Assembly: GCA_000004985.1 (NCBI GenBank)
Contig: GG738901.1
Source: Naegleria gruberi
Taxonomy: Eukaryota
Length of the DNA stretch: 64,000 nucleotides
Direction: 5' to 3' (one strand)
Shown: piece after piece, positions 42,001-52,724 of the stretch
How positions within the stretch are numbered: position 1 is the first letter of the stretch
Layout: every line of letters begins with the position of its first letter
The notes under the pieces: generated by a model
What the model was told of the DNA's origin: nothing
Databases searched by the model: none
Seen by the model: only the letters and a program-made list of their open reading frames with translations
Position numbers and translations under genes: made by a program

Positions 42001-44920
42001 TATCAAATCTAAGGGTGGTGACTTGCAAAACAAGGATTTAGAAATTGAAACCTTGAACAAGAAGGCCAAGGATTTGGATAAGAGAATTGCTGATTTGGAA
42101 AATAATCTTGCTGATTCTCGTAATGAAATCAATAACAAGTCCAATGAAATTTCTAGACTCCAAATGGAGCTTTCTGACCAAGGTATTCAATTGGAAAATG
42201 AATCCAATAACCGTAAGGCTCGTGAAGAAGATTTGAAGAAGCGTGATAAGGACATCAAGGACTTGAAGAAGGAATTGACCGACTCTCAATTGGCTGGTGA
42301 TCAATTGGATTCTGAATTGAAGAAGACCAAGAAGGAAAAGCAAGGTTTGGAAGAAGATTTGGACAAGCAAAAGAAGTCTGCTGATAACTTGCAAAGAAAG
42401 TTAACTGCTACTGAACAAAGTGCTCAAAACTTGTCCAACCAATTGGATGAAGAAACTCGTAAGAGACAAGGTGCTGAAAATAAGAATCGTTCACTCCAAT
42501 CTGACTTGGATAATGCCAACTCCAAGGTTAATGATTTGGAAAACGCTGTTCATGACAGAGATGATTTGATTGCTCAACTTCAAGCTGAAATCAACAAGCT
42601 CAAGCAAAGAATTGCTGATCTTGAATCTGAAAACCAAAAGCTTTTGGAACGTAACAAGGATCTCGAAAGAGAACTCTCTGATACCAAGTTCAGAATGGAT
42701 GAAGAGTTGAAGAACAAGAATAACGAAATTGATCGTTTGAAGAAGCTCTCTGAATCATCAAAGGATGAATTAACTCTCCAATTGAACAGAACCAATGATG
42801 AAAAGAATGATCTCCTCAACAAGTTGAAGAAGGCTGATAAGGACTTGAAGAACTTGAAGAAGAACAAGGATGATCTTCAACAAGAAAAGGATGATGCTGA
42901 TAACCGTATCAGAAAGCTTGAATCTGACCTCAAGGAAAAGGAACAACAAGCTGATGCTCTTCAAAAGAAGATTGCTGACTTGGAAAATGAAGGTCGTAAT
43001 AAGGATGCCCAAAAGAAGCAAACCGATTTGGAATTGCAAGCTGCCAAGGATGAATTGAACAGAACCAAGCAACGTGCTGATCAATTACAAACTGATTTGG
43101 ATAACCAAAAGGAACGTGCCAACGAATTGGAATCTGCCCTTTCTGACACTGAAGGTGGTAAGAATCAATTGGACAACCAATTCAAACAACTCCAAACTGA
43201 TTTGAATAATGAAAGAAACAATGTCAACAAGTTGAAGACTGAAGCTGAAAAGCTCCAACGTCAATTGGATGAAGCTACTCGTGCTCTCTCTGATAAGTCA
43301 TCTGAATCCTCTAATTTGGATGCTAAGGTTAGAGCTTTGGAAGAAAAGATCCGTGAATTGACTGCTCTCTTGGAATCTGAAAGATCATCCAAGTCTGAAT
43401 CTGACAAGAAGAAGAGCAAGTCCGATAAGGAAATTAAGAGATTGGCTGAACAATTGCAAGGTGTTGAATCCCAATTGAAATCTGAAACTCAAAAGAAGAA
43501 TGATGCTGATAACCGTGTTAAACAATTAGAAAATGAATTGAACACTGTTAAGAATGAACGTGACAGATTGAACAAGGATTTGACTAACCAATCTGGTGAT
43601 GTTTCTGGTGCCAAGAGACAACTTGAAGAAGCTAATACTCAAATTGCTAGATTGAAGGCTGATATCTTGAAGCTTACCAAGGACTTGCAAGAACGTGATG
43701 GTGATAAGGATGAAGCTGATGAACAATTGGACGGTTTGAGAAAGCAAATTCAAGATTTGACTTCTCGTCTTGGTGATGCTAATAACAAGCAACAACAAGA
43801 AGCTTCCTCTCGTCAATCTATTGAATCTGAAAACAACAGATTGAAGACTGATATTGCTCGTCTCCGTGATGATCTTGAAAAGGAAAACAAGAGACTCAAG
43901 CAAGAAGTTGAACGTGTTTTGGCTGAATCTGATAATGACAAGAATGACTTGTTGACTCAATTGAAGAAGATTCAAGAACAATACTCTGAACTTAAGGATG
44001 AATTCAAGGATTTGCAAAAGCAACCACGTGGTGGTGTTGCAGGTGGTGTTGACTCTGCTGAAGTTGAAAAGCTCAGACGTGAATACGAAATGCAACTTGC
44101 CCAATTGAAGGCTCGTGTTGAAGAAGTTACTAATCAACGTGTTGAAGTTGAAAACAAGAAGCGTTCTGTTGAAATGGACTTGACTGAATTGAAGACTCGT
44201 CTCCAAACTGAAGAAAGATTGAGAAAGAAGGCTGAACAACAAAAGAAGTCTGCTGAATTGGAATGTGATGAATTGAGAGAATTAGCTGAAGAATCTGAAG
44301 ATTTGAGAGATGAATTGAATCGTAACAAGTTAGAACAACAAGCTTTGATTCAACAATTGAGAACTGACTTGTTGCAAGAACGTAATCAACGTGCTTCTGC
44401 TGATGAAGTTTCTTCTCGTGTTAGACGTGAAAATGAAGAATTGAAGCAAGATTTGGAACAAGAAAGATCCAAGTTGGACGAAGCTGCTCGTAGATTGAAG
44501 CAACAATATGAAAATGAATTGTTGGACTTGAATAACCAAGTTGCCCAAGCCAAGAAGGAAAGAGCTTCTGCTTCTCGTGAACAAAAGAAGGCTGATCGTG
44601 ATCTCCGTGAATTCCAACGTCGTTTGCAAGAAGAATCTCGTTCTAAGCAAGATTTGGAACAAAAGTTGACCAAGACTGAACGTGAAAACAAGTTGTTGCA
44701 ATCTCAATCCCAATCAGATGCCTCCAAGTTGCAAAAGTCTGAACAAGACAAGTCCAAGTTGGAAGCTGAAAATCGTCAACAAAAGGACAAGCTCCTCGAA
44801 TTGCAAGATGATTTGGAAAAGTTGAGACAACAAGTTGATAGTGAAAGAAAGAAGACTCAACGTCTTGCTCGTAAGGCTTCCCCATTCTCTGCTAGTCAAT
44901 TGGTTGATGATCTCCAATAA
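39080..44920 (+). CDS. mhcA: Myosin II heavy chain (conventional non-muscle myosin), 1946 aa, with no introns
   Basis: The motor domain carries the P-loop GESGAGKTENTKK, switch motifs, LDIAGFE, an IQ motif, and then about 1100 aa of heptad coiled-coil. It has high similarity to Dictyostelium myosin II. Confidence 0.95.
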   Translation: MSQENDNIEVGDESQRRRRTARGGAGAGTKSAASATLFTKLVDAQSDESNWKVSGANFMWVPCNGEALNAFEVGEIKERKGKEVVVETESGDKKTLPIEEVFPMNPPKLTGIEDMARLSHLNEPSVLFNLKKRYESDKIYTYSGLFLVAVNPYKNLPIYTDEIIKKHNGKRREDAEPHVFTVADVAYRQMLQNQLNQSMLVTGESGAGKTENTKKIIQYLTATAGASHGAGKLENQLLQTNPLLEAFGNAKTLRNNNSSRFGKFIEVDFNVSGYIAGCKIQHYLLETTRVTAQAGDERNFHFFYQILSDAQARNKYHLTNVNSYAYVSQSGCTSVPGINDAMEFQETLKAMRIIGISEDEIDATCRIVASILHLGNCKFVKDDEDLSMLPERSPLNTASELLCVDPEGLAKGFMKPNIITPTDIIETHVNVAQAGFNRSALVKSMYNRLFDWLVRSINQSLTSKEKIKNFIGVLDIAGFEIFELNSFEQLCINYTNEKLQQFFNHHMFKKEQEEYLKEKIEWKFIDFGLDLQPTIDLIEKPLGILAILDQQTFMAQQSEEGLVREINKNHGTKKQFKTSRFNEKEFILSHYAGDVPYNVVQWFTKNVDPLNEDCKSTMIASGNTLIKSLFDVPGERTKANEKRSVGSARFKTVATNYKNQLKDLMGLLESTEPHFIRCIKPNNLQKPAIIDDRLVLHQLKCNGVLEGIRIARKGYPGRIPYAEFVKRYDLLVEDKRSLEQQPNLRGKAQVILDSIKFEETTQYKLGATKVFLKASQEALIEEYREAQISKIIGVAQAAALAAYERVAYKKLQGRLVSIKLIQRNFRAYLKLKNWGWWQLINLTRPYLKEFSSEQVTKKLKEDFEQLKKDLEGEKDSKKKLETEKNALEQSRKKLIDDLEEQRNRLDTMNNHMNQLEKELNDRKRELERSQKDNDDKDSEITRNTQAIAALNQAQKKLEEAIRDMKNEIEQREKIIKSKGGDLQNKDLEIETLNKKAKDLDKRIADLENNLADSRNEINNKSNEISRLQMELSDQGIQLENESNNRKAREEDLKKRDKDIKDLKKELTDSQLAGDQLDSELKKTKKEKQGLEEDLDKQKKSADNLQRKLTATEQSAQNLSNQLDEETRKRQGAENKNRSLQSDLDNANSKVNDLENAVHDRDDLIAQLQAEINKLKQRIADLESENQKLLERNKDLERELSDTKFRMDEELKNKNNEIDRLKKLSESSKDELTLQLNRTNDEKNDLLNKLKKADKDLKNLKKNKDDLQQEKDDADNRIRKLESDLKEKEQQADALQKKIADLENEGRNKDAQKKQTDLELQAAKDELNRTKQRADQLQTDLDNQKERANELESALSDTEGGKNQLDNQFKQLQTDLNNERNNVNKLKTEAEKLQRQLDEATRALSDKSSESSNLDAKVRALEEKIRELTALLESERSSKSESDKKKSKSDKEIKRLAEQLQGVESQLKSETQKKNDADNRVKQLENELNTVKNERDRLNKDLTNQSGDVSGAKRQLEEANTQIARLKADILKLTKDLQERDGDKDEADEQLDGLRKQIQDLTSRLGDANNKQQQEASSRQSIESENNRLKTDIARLRDDLEKENKRLKQEVERVLAESDNDKNDLLTQLKKIQEQYSELKDEFKDLQKQPRGGVAGGVDSAEVEKLRREYEMQLAQLKARVEEVTNQRVEVENKKRSVEMDLTELKTRLQTEERLRKKAEQQKKSAELECDELRELAEESEDLRDELNRNKLEQQALIQQLRTDLLQERNQRASADEVSSRVRRENEELKQDLEQERSKLDEAARRLKQQYENELLDLNNQVAQAKKERASASREQKKADRDLREFQRRLQEESRSKQDLEQKLTKTERENKLLQSQSQSDASKLQKSEQDKSKLEAENRQQKDKLLELQDDLEKLRQQVDSERKKTQRLARKASPFSASQLVDDLQ

Positions 44921-44958
44921 ATTATAAACTTTAATTAATTATCAAAATTTACAAAAAA

Positions 44959-47187
44959 ATGAGCACACGTATTATTCTAGATCATGAGCTTTGTTTTTCT
45001 CAATCGGAATGGCGTCACCAATTTTACGCTCATCACACTGGTTATCAATTATTGAAAATTAAAAAAGTTTTAGATTGTAAATTTAACATTGAAAAACATC
45101 ATTATTTGGAAAAAGTGTACAGTTTGGATTTTAAAAAGATTGGAAAATTTGTGAAGGAAAATCCTCCACCCGATGAAAATGATGAAGTTTTTATTAAAAA
45201 ATTGGTGCTTCTTAAAGGAAGATTTATTAGATATGCAAGCAATCGATTGAAAGATGACAAGGAGTTTATTTTGGATTTGGTGAAACGAAAACAAGTGGTT
45301 TTTGTGTATGCTTCTGAGAGATTGAGAGCTGATAGACAAGTTTTGGAAATGGCTTTGGATTTGAGTGAATGTGGAAATGATTTATTTACAATTCTTGATA
45401 GGATTGATTTTTCTGATATTCCAAACAAGGGTATTGTGAACTTGTTTAAACATTCTAATCGATTATTCAATTATTGTACTTCTAGTGAGCTCCGTATTGA
45501 TAAAAAATTAAGGAATATGATTAGTTATAAGAATGACAGAGATTTAATCCTGCAATCAGTCAAACATCATGGAAACATACTAAATTACGTAGATAGGATA
45601 TTTTCAGAAGATCCTGAATTGATCTTTGAAGCACTCAAAACATGTCCAAGTATGATCAGTAAACTCCCACCTTCTCACTTGAAGAATACTGATTTTGCAT
45701 TAAGAATGGCTTCTCGATTCACATATTTCTGGTTTCCTTCCTTCTATTTAAATCAAGATGAGGAATTCTGGTATCAGGCAGTTATTGTCCACAAGTTCCT
45801 TGCGATTCAGGATTTGCCTATAAAACCATATCACTACTTGGAGCTAAAGAAAATAGTGCTGTCTAGAAAAGGATTCCTATTAGAATTATTTTCTGACAAG
45901 GACAGGGAGGATATTGAGTTGGTATTGTGTGCAATGCAGATTCCAAAATACTTTAAATTTGCTTCTGAAAGATTGCAAAACTCAGAGCAGTTTGCCTCTT
46001 GCATTTTCTCAATCTATTCATCCAATTCTCTATTTGGTGTGAATTCTTTTCCATATATTATACCAGAGCTCAAAAATAATTTTACATTTATGAAATTGAG
46101 TTGCCTGAAGTTTAACCCGTCTCTGTTCAAACATGCTTCTCCTGAGCTGAGAGGAAATATTGAATTTATCAAGTGTATTATCAATGATTGCTTTTCAAGA
46201 AGTATGAAAGCTAGCTATGTGCGAGAAAATATCATCCTGAACATTATGGGAAGGAAAGAAGACAGAGATGAGCTCATTAAGGTACACAACCATTGCAAGG
46301 CAGAGTATCCCAATCAAAAATTATTATTCTTTGCTAGTCCACTTTTGTTCTTTGACGAAAGTTTTATTAGAAATGAAACTGCTCAATTACTTCCTAAGAA
46401 TGAGGAGTTCTCTATTGAGAAATTGTACGCATCAGCCTTTAAACAAAGAGAGATTATGGTTTGTGCAGCTTGTTCGCTTATTGAACCATCTCTGTATTCT
46501 AATGACCATTATCAATTTTCTTCAACATTCTTTCACTATATGAACGAAAGCCATGTTAAAATTATCTATTATGAGTGCTATTCATGGAAGGATCAATCAA
46601 AGTATGATTCACTTACACAGGAAACCAAAAACAGTATTGACAGCACATTATTTGAAATGACAAGATCCATTTCTTCTTCTTTGGAACATGTTTGTTGGGA
46701 TGATATGTCAGATTCATTACTTTTTTCAGAATTGGAACGATTCTTTTCACAAGGATTCACCTTAGTTGGAGAATATACCAAGAATCTCATTGGAAAGTCA
46801 TTCACAAAAAGATTTGGAAATGATCGAAGCTTTTTCAAAAATTTTATAGTTTCGAATAAGAGAGTGCCCATTCTCCAATATGCTTCTGATGAAATTAAGG
46901 ACGATTTGAGTTTCTTTCTTGCACTTACTTATTTACCATGTTGTATTCAATATGCTTCCGAGAAATTGAGGTCAAATAAGGAATTTGTGAAGAAAGTTGT
47001 AATGAAAGATGATAACATGTTCCAATACGCCTCTGAAACAATCAGAAATGATTATGAATTTGTTTTGGAACTATTAATTGAAAAAAAATATGGACTTGAA
47101 TGTTTCTATCAATTTTCCACACGAGAGGTAAAGATTCAGTTGTTCCAAAATCAACCAGATTTAATGAAGCAAATAAGCCGTATTTAA
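44959..47187 (+). CDS. DUF4116-repeat protein, 742 aa
   Basis: At least 7 repeats of YAS(E/D)xL(R/K)xDxEF(V/I)LxLV, for example YASERLRADRQVLEMAL, YASEKLRSNKEFVKKVV and YASETIRNDYEFVLELL. The ATG lies only 38 bp after the myosin stop. Confidence 0.65.
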   Translation: MSTRIILDHELCFSQSEWRHQFYAHHTGYQLLKIKKVLDCKFNIEKHHYLEKVYSLDFKKIGKFVKENPPPDENDEVFIKKLVLLKGRFIRYASNRLKDDKEFILDLVKRKQVVFVYASERLRADRQVLEMALDLSECGNDLFTILDRIDFSDIPNKGIVNLFKHSNRLFNYCTSSELRIDKKLRNMISYKNDRDLILQSVKHHGNILNYVDRIFSEDPELIFEALKTCPSMISKLPPSHLKNTDFALRMASRFTYFWFPSFYLNQDEEFWYQAVIVHKFLAIQDLPIKPYHYLELKKIVLSRKGFLLELFSDKDREDIELVLCAMQIPKYFKFASERLQNSEQFASCIFSIYSSNSLFGVNSFPYIIPELKNNFTFMKLSCLKFNPSLFKHASPELRGNIEFIKCIINDCFSRSMKASYVRENIILNIMGRKEDRDELIKVHNHCKAEYPNQKLLFFASPLLFFDESFIRNETAQLLPKNEEFSIEKLYASAFKQREIMVCAACSLIEPSLYSNDHYQFSSTFFHYMNESHVKIIYYECYSWKDQSKYDSLTQETKNSIDSTLFEMTRSISSSLEHVCWDDMSDSLLFSELERFFSQGFTLVGEYTKNLIGKSFTKRFGNDRSFFKNFIVSNKRVPILQYASDEIKDDLSFFLALTYLPCCIQYASEKLRSNKEFVKKVVMKDDNMFQYASETIRNDYEFVLELLIEKKYGLECFYQFSTREVKIQLFQNQPDLMKQISRI

Positions 47188-47905
47188 TGAACAATACTCC
47201 ACAGTAAGAGAGAAATTCATATTGGAAAGACACTGTCCACAATCTCAAAGTCATGTGTGTCAATTCTCAAATGTTGGAATGCCTTGGTTAAATTCATGGA
47301 AAATTCATCATTTTTACAAAAGAATATGATCTCTATCCTCAATTTAATTTTGCTCTCGTAATATCTGTTTGATAAATATTCATTAAATGTTATCAATTTC
47401 CAAAAATATTTCAATTTCCTAAAAAGAATATTGAAATCAATTCCAAGCAATGAATACAGTAATTGAAGATTAGCACTCTTCTGTTCACCATTAGTGTTTA
47501 TTTGAATAGAAGATTCTTCTCCTATTGAAGACTTTAGTTTGGATATCATTTGTTGTCTGTTCATTCCAAGGAGAGGAAGAATAACTTTGTTCCATTCCCT
47601 CGACAATAACAATAACAAATAACACTAGAGGTATTCCTCTCTTAATAATCCCTATTTATCCTGTATCATGTTAATGCACAAATTATCCAAATTAGGAATC
47701 ACCCATTCCTTTTCATTTACATCTCACTTCCTCAATATTTTGTAAACAAACATTTCACAGTGCTAATCTTCTCGGAGAGCGTGTGTTTTCGATTTGCGAA
47801 TACCATTGAGGAGAAGCGATATTCATACAAAACCTAATGTTAAAATCCTATTTAAATTATTCACACAAGGAAACACAAGTTTGTGAAAAAACAAATTGCA
47901 AAACA

Positions 47906-49131
47906 ATGTCTTTATTCCTCCTTGGTGTTGTGTCCATTGTAGTTATTGGATTCGTGGTCTATTTGTTCAAGTTTAAGAATCAAATCAAGGGTTATCACTT
48001 GACAAATGAAAATGTGACAGGAACCTATCAAGATTTATTCGCACAAGATACCAAAGATACTCATGATAAGAGAAAGAATGCTGGATGGGATGTTGCTGGT
48101 AAATATTATGATATGGTGACTGATTTTTACTTGTATGGTTGGGGAAGATCTTTCCATTTTGCTCCAAGGTTAGTATTTTTGTAAAGTTTTCACATTTTCT
48201 TACATTTTTTCATATGAATTCAATGAAATGCATGCTTTTCATTATGATACTTGACTGTGTCTTTTTGGAATATTGTGGACATGTGTACAGACACAAGAAG
48301 GAAAGCATGATTGAATCCATTCAAAGACATGAATACTGGTTGGCCAAACAAATGGATCTCAAAAAGGGAATGAAATGTTTAGATCTCGGTTGTGGAGTCA
48401 TGGGTCCAGCCACCAACATTTCTCGTTTCACAGGAGCTCACATCACAGGTGTCAACAATCATCCTTATCAATCTCAACAAGCCAAAGAATACATTTCACA
48501 AATGGGTCTCTCAGAACAATGTCAAATTGTCAGAGGTGATTTCAACAATTTAGATGACAACTCAGATCTCCCATCTGAATCCTACGATGCTGCCTACACA
48601 ATCGAAGCTTCCTGTCATGCCAAAGATCGTCCACATTGTTACAAACAAATTTACAACAAACTCAAACCAGGTGCAATTTTTGCAGGTTACGAATGGGTCA
48701 TGATTTCTGGAAAATATGATTCGAAAAATGAAGAACATAACAAGATTAAATTTGACATTATGAAAGGAGATGGTTTACCAGAAATTCTCATGGATAAGGA
48801 GATTGATGAATCATTGAGAAAGGCAGGATTTGAAGTTATCAAAACTGAAGATGTAGGTGTCACTGATCAAATTCATCCAGTGCCTTGGTATCAACCAATT
48901 GACAATGGTGGTTGGGATTTTACAAGTTGGTTCCAAACTTCATATGGAAGATTTATTGTTCACAAATTGGTTGGAATTTTGGAAAGTGTTGGTTTAGTCC
49001 CAAAATCTTCACAACAAGCTTATGAATTTTTGATGGCTGGAGCTAGTGGATTGGTTGCTGGTGGAAAGACTGGAATTTTTACACCTTGTTATTTCTTTAT
49101 GGCTAGAAAACCATTAACTGCTGCAGAATAA
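47906..49131 (+). CDS. Sterol 24-C-methyltransferase (ERG6/SMT1 family). Two exons: join(47906..48168, 48291..49131)
   Basis: Exon 1 ends ...GWGRSFHFAPR. A 122-nt GTTAGT..ACAG intron follows. Exon 2 continues HKKESMIESIQRHEYWLA...LDLGCGVMGPA...YEWVM, aligning along ERG6 including the SAM-binding motif. Confidence 0.85.
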
Positions 49132-49832
49132 ATGTTTAGTTTCTTTTAGTAAGAGTGGATTGAGGATTTGGACCTATTTCATAACTTGAAAAAGTCACCA
49201 TTTCTACCATCTTAATATTTTTCTGTTTCACAAATATACAAAATTGGTCGAATGATTTGTATATTTGTGAAATTATTCGAATATGTCCTCTCACTAACTA
49301 AACAGAGATGATGATTCATTGTTTGGAAATTACAGCCGGTTTCACACCAATTCATGAAAATCTTTTACAATCACCGCTATACAACACTATTTCGAATACT
49401 CAGGTTTCGAATATTGCATCAAAAGTTTACAACAATAATACCGTTATTATTTTTATTCATTTTACTAAATAGTCCTGGTTATCCCAGTAATATGTTGACA
49501 AGCAACAAAATTCCCAGAAAGGTAATGTTTTTGTCTTTTGTATCACGATCTTAGACCAGTATTAGGCCAGTTTCGTATTTTAGTTCTGGATTTATTGTCG
49601 CATGTAATACACCTAAATTCTTAATAAGAGAAACTACAGCTCACAATGTAAATCGCACTCTATTGACTAGGTTTCTTGGGATGTTTATTTGTGCTCAAAT
49701 ATGATAAATATTAGATTCGTTTAGTTTCAAGTGCTCAAAAAAATTGGCTAAACTTGTTGTTAACGAAACACTAATTGATTTATCTATTAGTGGAACAAAT
49801 TGTTGAAGGGAAATATACAAGATTACTAACTC

Positions 49833-50969
49833 ATGAATATGGAAGAATTCTTCAAGTTTGATGTCGAAACTCAACGAAAGATCATAACCAACCTTATTTT
49901 TAACTATTCGACAAACTCGTCTCAGAATACAATGAATGAAATACCACCCCCAGGATTTAACATCTTCACTCAGAATGATTCTTCTCTTCCACTGAACCAG
50001 TTTGAGAAACCAAACGAAAGTAGTTTAAACTTGTTTCATCAGTCTCTGTTTCATTCCAACAACAATTTCAATAGCAATACGAACTCCACTTGTATTCCAC
50101 ATAGACAAACCTCTGATCTTTGTATCAATGGATTACAATCATGTGAAAGTCAACCAACACTGGACGAATCTCCAAACTTGATGTTGAAACTTGACATTTT
50201 CGATTTTTATCAATCTTACTTGAATACCCTAGACGATTACAACCAAGGAGTAACTATGAAACATCACTTGTTGGATAACATTCATCCAGAAATGAGCATT
50301 AGCAACGTTTGCGAAAATACCAATTTGTCGTTTATTCGAAACCAAGATGCAAATCGAATCAGTGTTGATTCCCAAGCAATTTCCTTGAGATCTTCTACAA
50401 GAATTGTCAGCTCCTCGCCAATCATGAATTGCCTTCTTTCCAATAATCATGCTTCGAATAGTTCTCAAATGCATGATGAATCGCCAACTCTTTCCAATTG
50501 CAGCTTTCCCATAACTAAAGATGTGAGCAATACAACAACAACATCAAGTCAGTCTTCATCCTCTCCAACAATGTCATGTTCTTCCATTCCTTTCGAATAT
50601 GGTTTCAATAATAATGAAAGAAGTAAACTTGAAACTCATTCCAGTTCTATCCTCCAACAAAATAAGAATCCTAAACCTTCCAAATCCTCCAAAACATGTA
50701 ACAATATTCAAATCAAGCCCTTCTCCTATAAACATTCATCCAAGTCAAATGTCAAGCTCAGTTCAACCATTTATACGAGATTTTCAATGAATACAAACTC
50801 GAATGATAACTCGAATACAAACCAGAATGTATTGCACTTGAGAAGAAGAGGTTTTCCACTTACGAAAATCTCCAAGTCATCTGCCAAACAATCTGCCATG
50901 CAATTTCATTTTCCAGTTTGGACTTTTCATTCTTCCTCTTCAATGAAAACAAACAAAATGAATAAATAA
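49833..50969 (+). CDS. S/N-rich protein, member A of a tandem paralogue pair (shared motifs LKLDxxDFxQSY and C-terminal MQFxFxxWTFH)
   Basis: 378-aa ORF, mostly low complexity. The conserved segments are shared with the ORF at 51224-51916. Confidence 0.5.
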   Translation: MNMEEFFKFDVETQRKIITNLIFNYSTNSSQNTMNEIPPPGFNIFTQNDSSLPLNQFEKPNESSLNLFHQSLFHSNNNFNSNTNSTCIPHRQTSDLCINGLQSCESQPTLDESPNLMLKLDIFDFYQSYLNTLDDYNQGVTMKHHLLDNIHPEMSISNVCENTNLSFIRNQDANRISVDSQAISLRSSTRIVSSSPIMNCLLSNNHASNSSQMHDESPTLSNCSFPITKDVSNTTTTSSQSSSSPTMSCSSIPFEYGFNNNERSKLETHSSSILQQNKNPKPSKSSKTCNNIQIKPFSYKHSSKSNVKLSSTIYTRFSMNTNSNDNSNTNQNVLHLRRRGFPLTKISKSSAKQSAMQFHFPVWTFHSSSSMKTNKMNK

Positions 50970-51223
50970 GAATCGGGATGGTTGTCATTCATTATAACAC
51001 CGTTACTTTTTCGATTTTTGGTGACAAATCAATATTTCAACAACCAAAAGTCAATTGACCAAAAATGACAGTTTACAGCCACCTTTGTTAGTTGTAAAGT
51101 AGTGATGTGAAATGGCCATGATGTTCATTCGTGTCAGATTTGTGATTCGACAATTAATGTACGGCATTGTACTGAGCTGATGGACAACTGACATTCATGA
51201 AAAAAAAGTAAACACGCCAAACC

Positions 51224-51916
51224 ATGATATCATATAACCAGACTTTTGCTAATTCGTATTTGCTTTATCTTGCGTTGAAGCATGCTTCCAATTTGACTGC
51301 TCAATCTAATTTCTATGACTTTCAGCAAGTTTCTGATCTAGTTTCGTATTTAACAAGATCTTTGGAAATGAAAGAAATAGAAGTCAATCAATCTCGCTAT
51401 TCTCAATTGAATTATAATATTGATTCTGTTCAAGAATTTGATGCTTGTCATCTCAAACTAGATATGGAAGACTTTCTTCAATCCTATTCTTCTCTACAGG
51501 AATCCTTTCAATATTCGAAACCAACGACTCCCCAAGAAACCACCTTTCAAATTCTCGATACTCAACTGCAAACTCCACTACCGATCAACACCGATAGCAA
51601 TTCCACCATCAATTCATCTGTAAATACAACAAGTTCTGAACAAATTAAGATATCCGTTAAAAAACCAAACTTCTCTAAGGTTAACCAAAAAAGAACAACC
51701 TCTATACTGAAACGTACTAGAAGTGTATCGAATGAAGTTGATCAATCTCACTTGGATGGAAATGAAGAGAATCTCATGATAGTGCAGACGAAACGAACGA
51801 AAAGCGTGAAGAAACAGCCATCCAATAGCCCTATCCGAAAGAAGAGAGTGGCAACTCCACAATCAATGATGCAATTTAAATTCAACAGATGGACGTTTCA
51901 TACTGTGAAACAATAA
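51224..51916 (+). CDS. S/N/T-rich protein, member B of the tandem paralogue pair
   Basis: The 230-aa ORF shares LKLDMEDFLQSYSSLQESF and the C-terminal KKRVATPQSMMQFKFNRWTFHTV with the upstream gene. Confidence 0.5.
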   Translation: MISYNQTFANSYLLYLALKHASNLTAQSNFYDFQQVSDLVSYLTRSLEMKEIEVNQSRYSQLNYNIDSVQEFDACHLKLDMEDFLQSYSSLQESFQYSKPTTPQETTFQILDTQLQTPLPINTDSNSTINSSVNTTSSEQIKISVKKPNFSKVNQKRTTSILKRTRSVSNEVDQSHLDGNEENLMIVQTKRTKSVKKQPSNSPIRKKRVATPQSMMQFKFNRWTFHTVKQ

Positions 51917-52724
51917 AGATATTAAGTTAGTTCAACACACTTGAGTGACAGTAAGCTTGTTGTCTATATCCATTCACTTGATGTTTCTAGTAACTTATCT
52001 ATTAATCTACCATTAGAACAACAACACTCATTGCCAAGTGTAAAAAAACAAGATTTGCATGTTGATGATGGTGAATGTTCCAACTTGTATTTTTCCATCA
52101 TTCTTGAAACACAATTTCCAACAGTCATTACTACAATTCAGATAATGTTGAAATGATGATGTGAAATTCTTGGAGTGTCATCTTGTTAAACCACTCCTTG
52201 GAATAAACATGTTAACGATGGAGTTCAAACCCCGCCAATCTTGTAAACAAAAACCGTTAGAAATTTTATATTTTCAAAACAAAAAAAACATAAAAACAAC
52301 CAATAATGTTGAATAGGTAATGAATCCAATGCTATAGGAATAGAGGTCCCAACAAATAAGTTAACTATTCAAACCGACCATAATAAGACCCCATCAATAA
52401 GTAGGAGCACGAAGACACTTTTAAGTTCATTAGAGGAGCGATCGAATGTTCAACAGGCAAAACATTTAAAACATCGTGAGGTTGCAAGTAACACAATCAA
52501 AAACAAATACAACAAGAATGAGCTACTTTATTGGACAACCTAGCTGGCTTCCTCCAAATTTCCAAGTGGTACGTGTTTTTATTACACGATGTATCTAATA
52601 TTCACCATCATCACGAATATTTATTATTTTTTATTATATTTGATCTTCTTCCGTACTTCTTCAAACCTACCTCATCTACATTTAATTGATTAATGGTTAT
52701 ACTGAATAACAACAGCCACCACAT

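Noticed and set aside
41560-44917. Many 60-240-aa ORFs antisense to, or in alternative frames within, the myosin II tail. Examples are 43526..44242 (-) and 44330..44713 (-).
   Set aside because: They are artifacts of the repetitive, GAA/AAG/CAA-rich coiled-coil coding sequence. Their translations are leucine/serine/phenylalanine-rich low complexity, and the sense frame has overwhelming myosin homology.
47217-47618. A 133-aa minus-strand ORF between the DUF4116 gene and the sterol methyltransferase.
   Set aside because: It has no domain and no A-rich start context. It overlaps the likely 3' UTR and promoter region, so it is left uncalled pending expression data.
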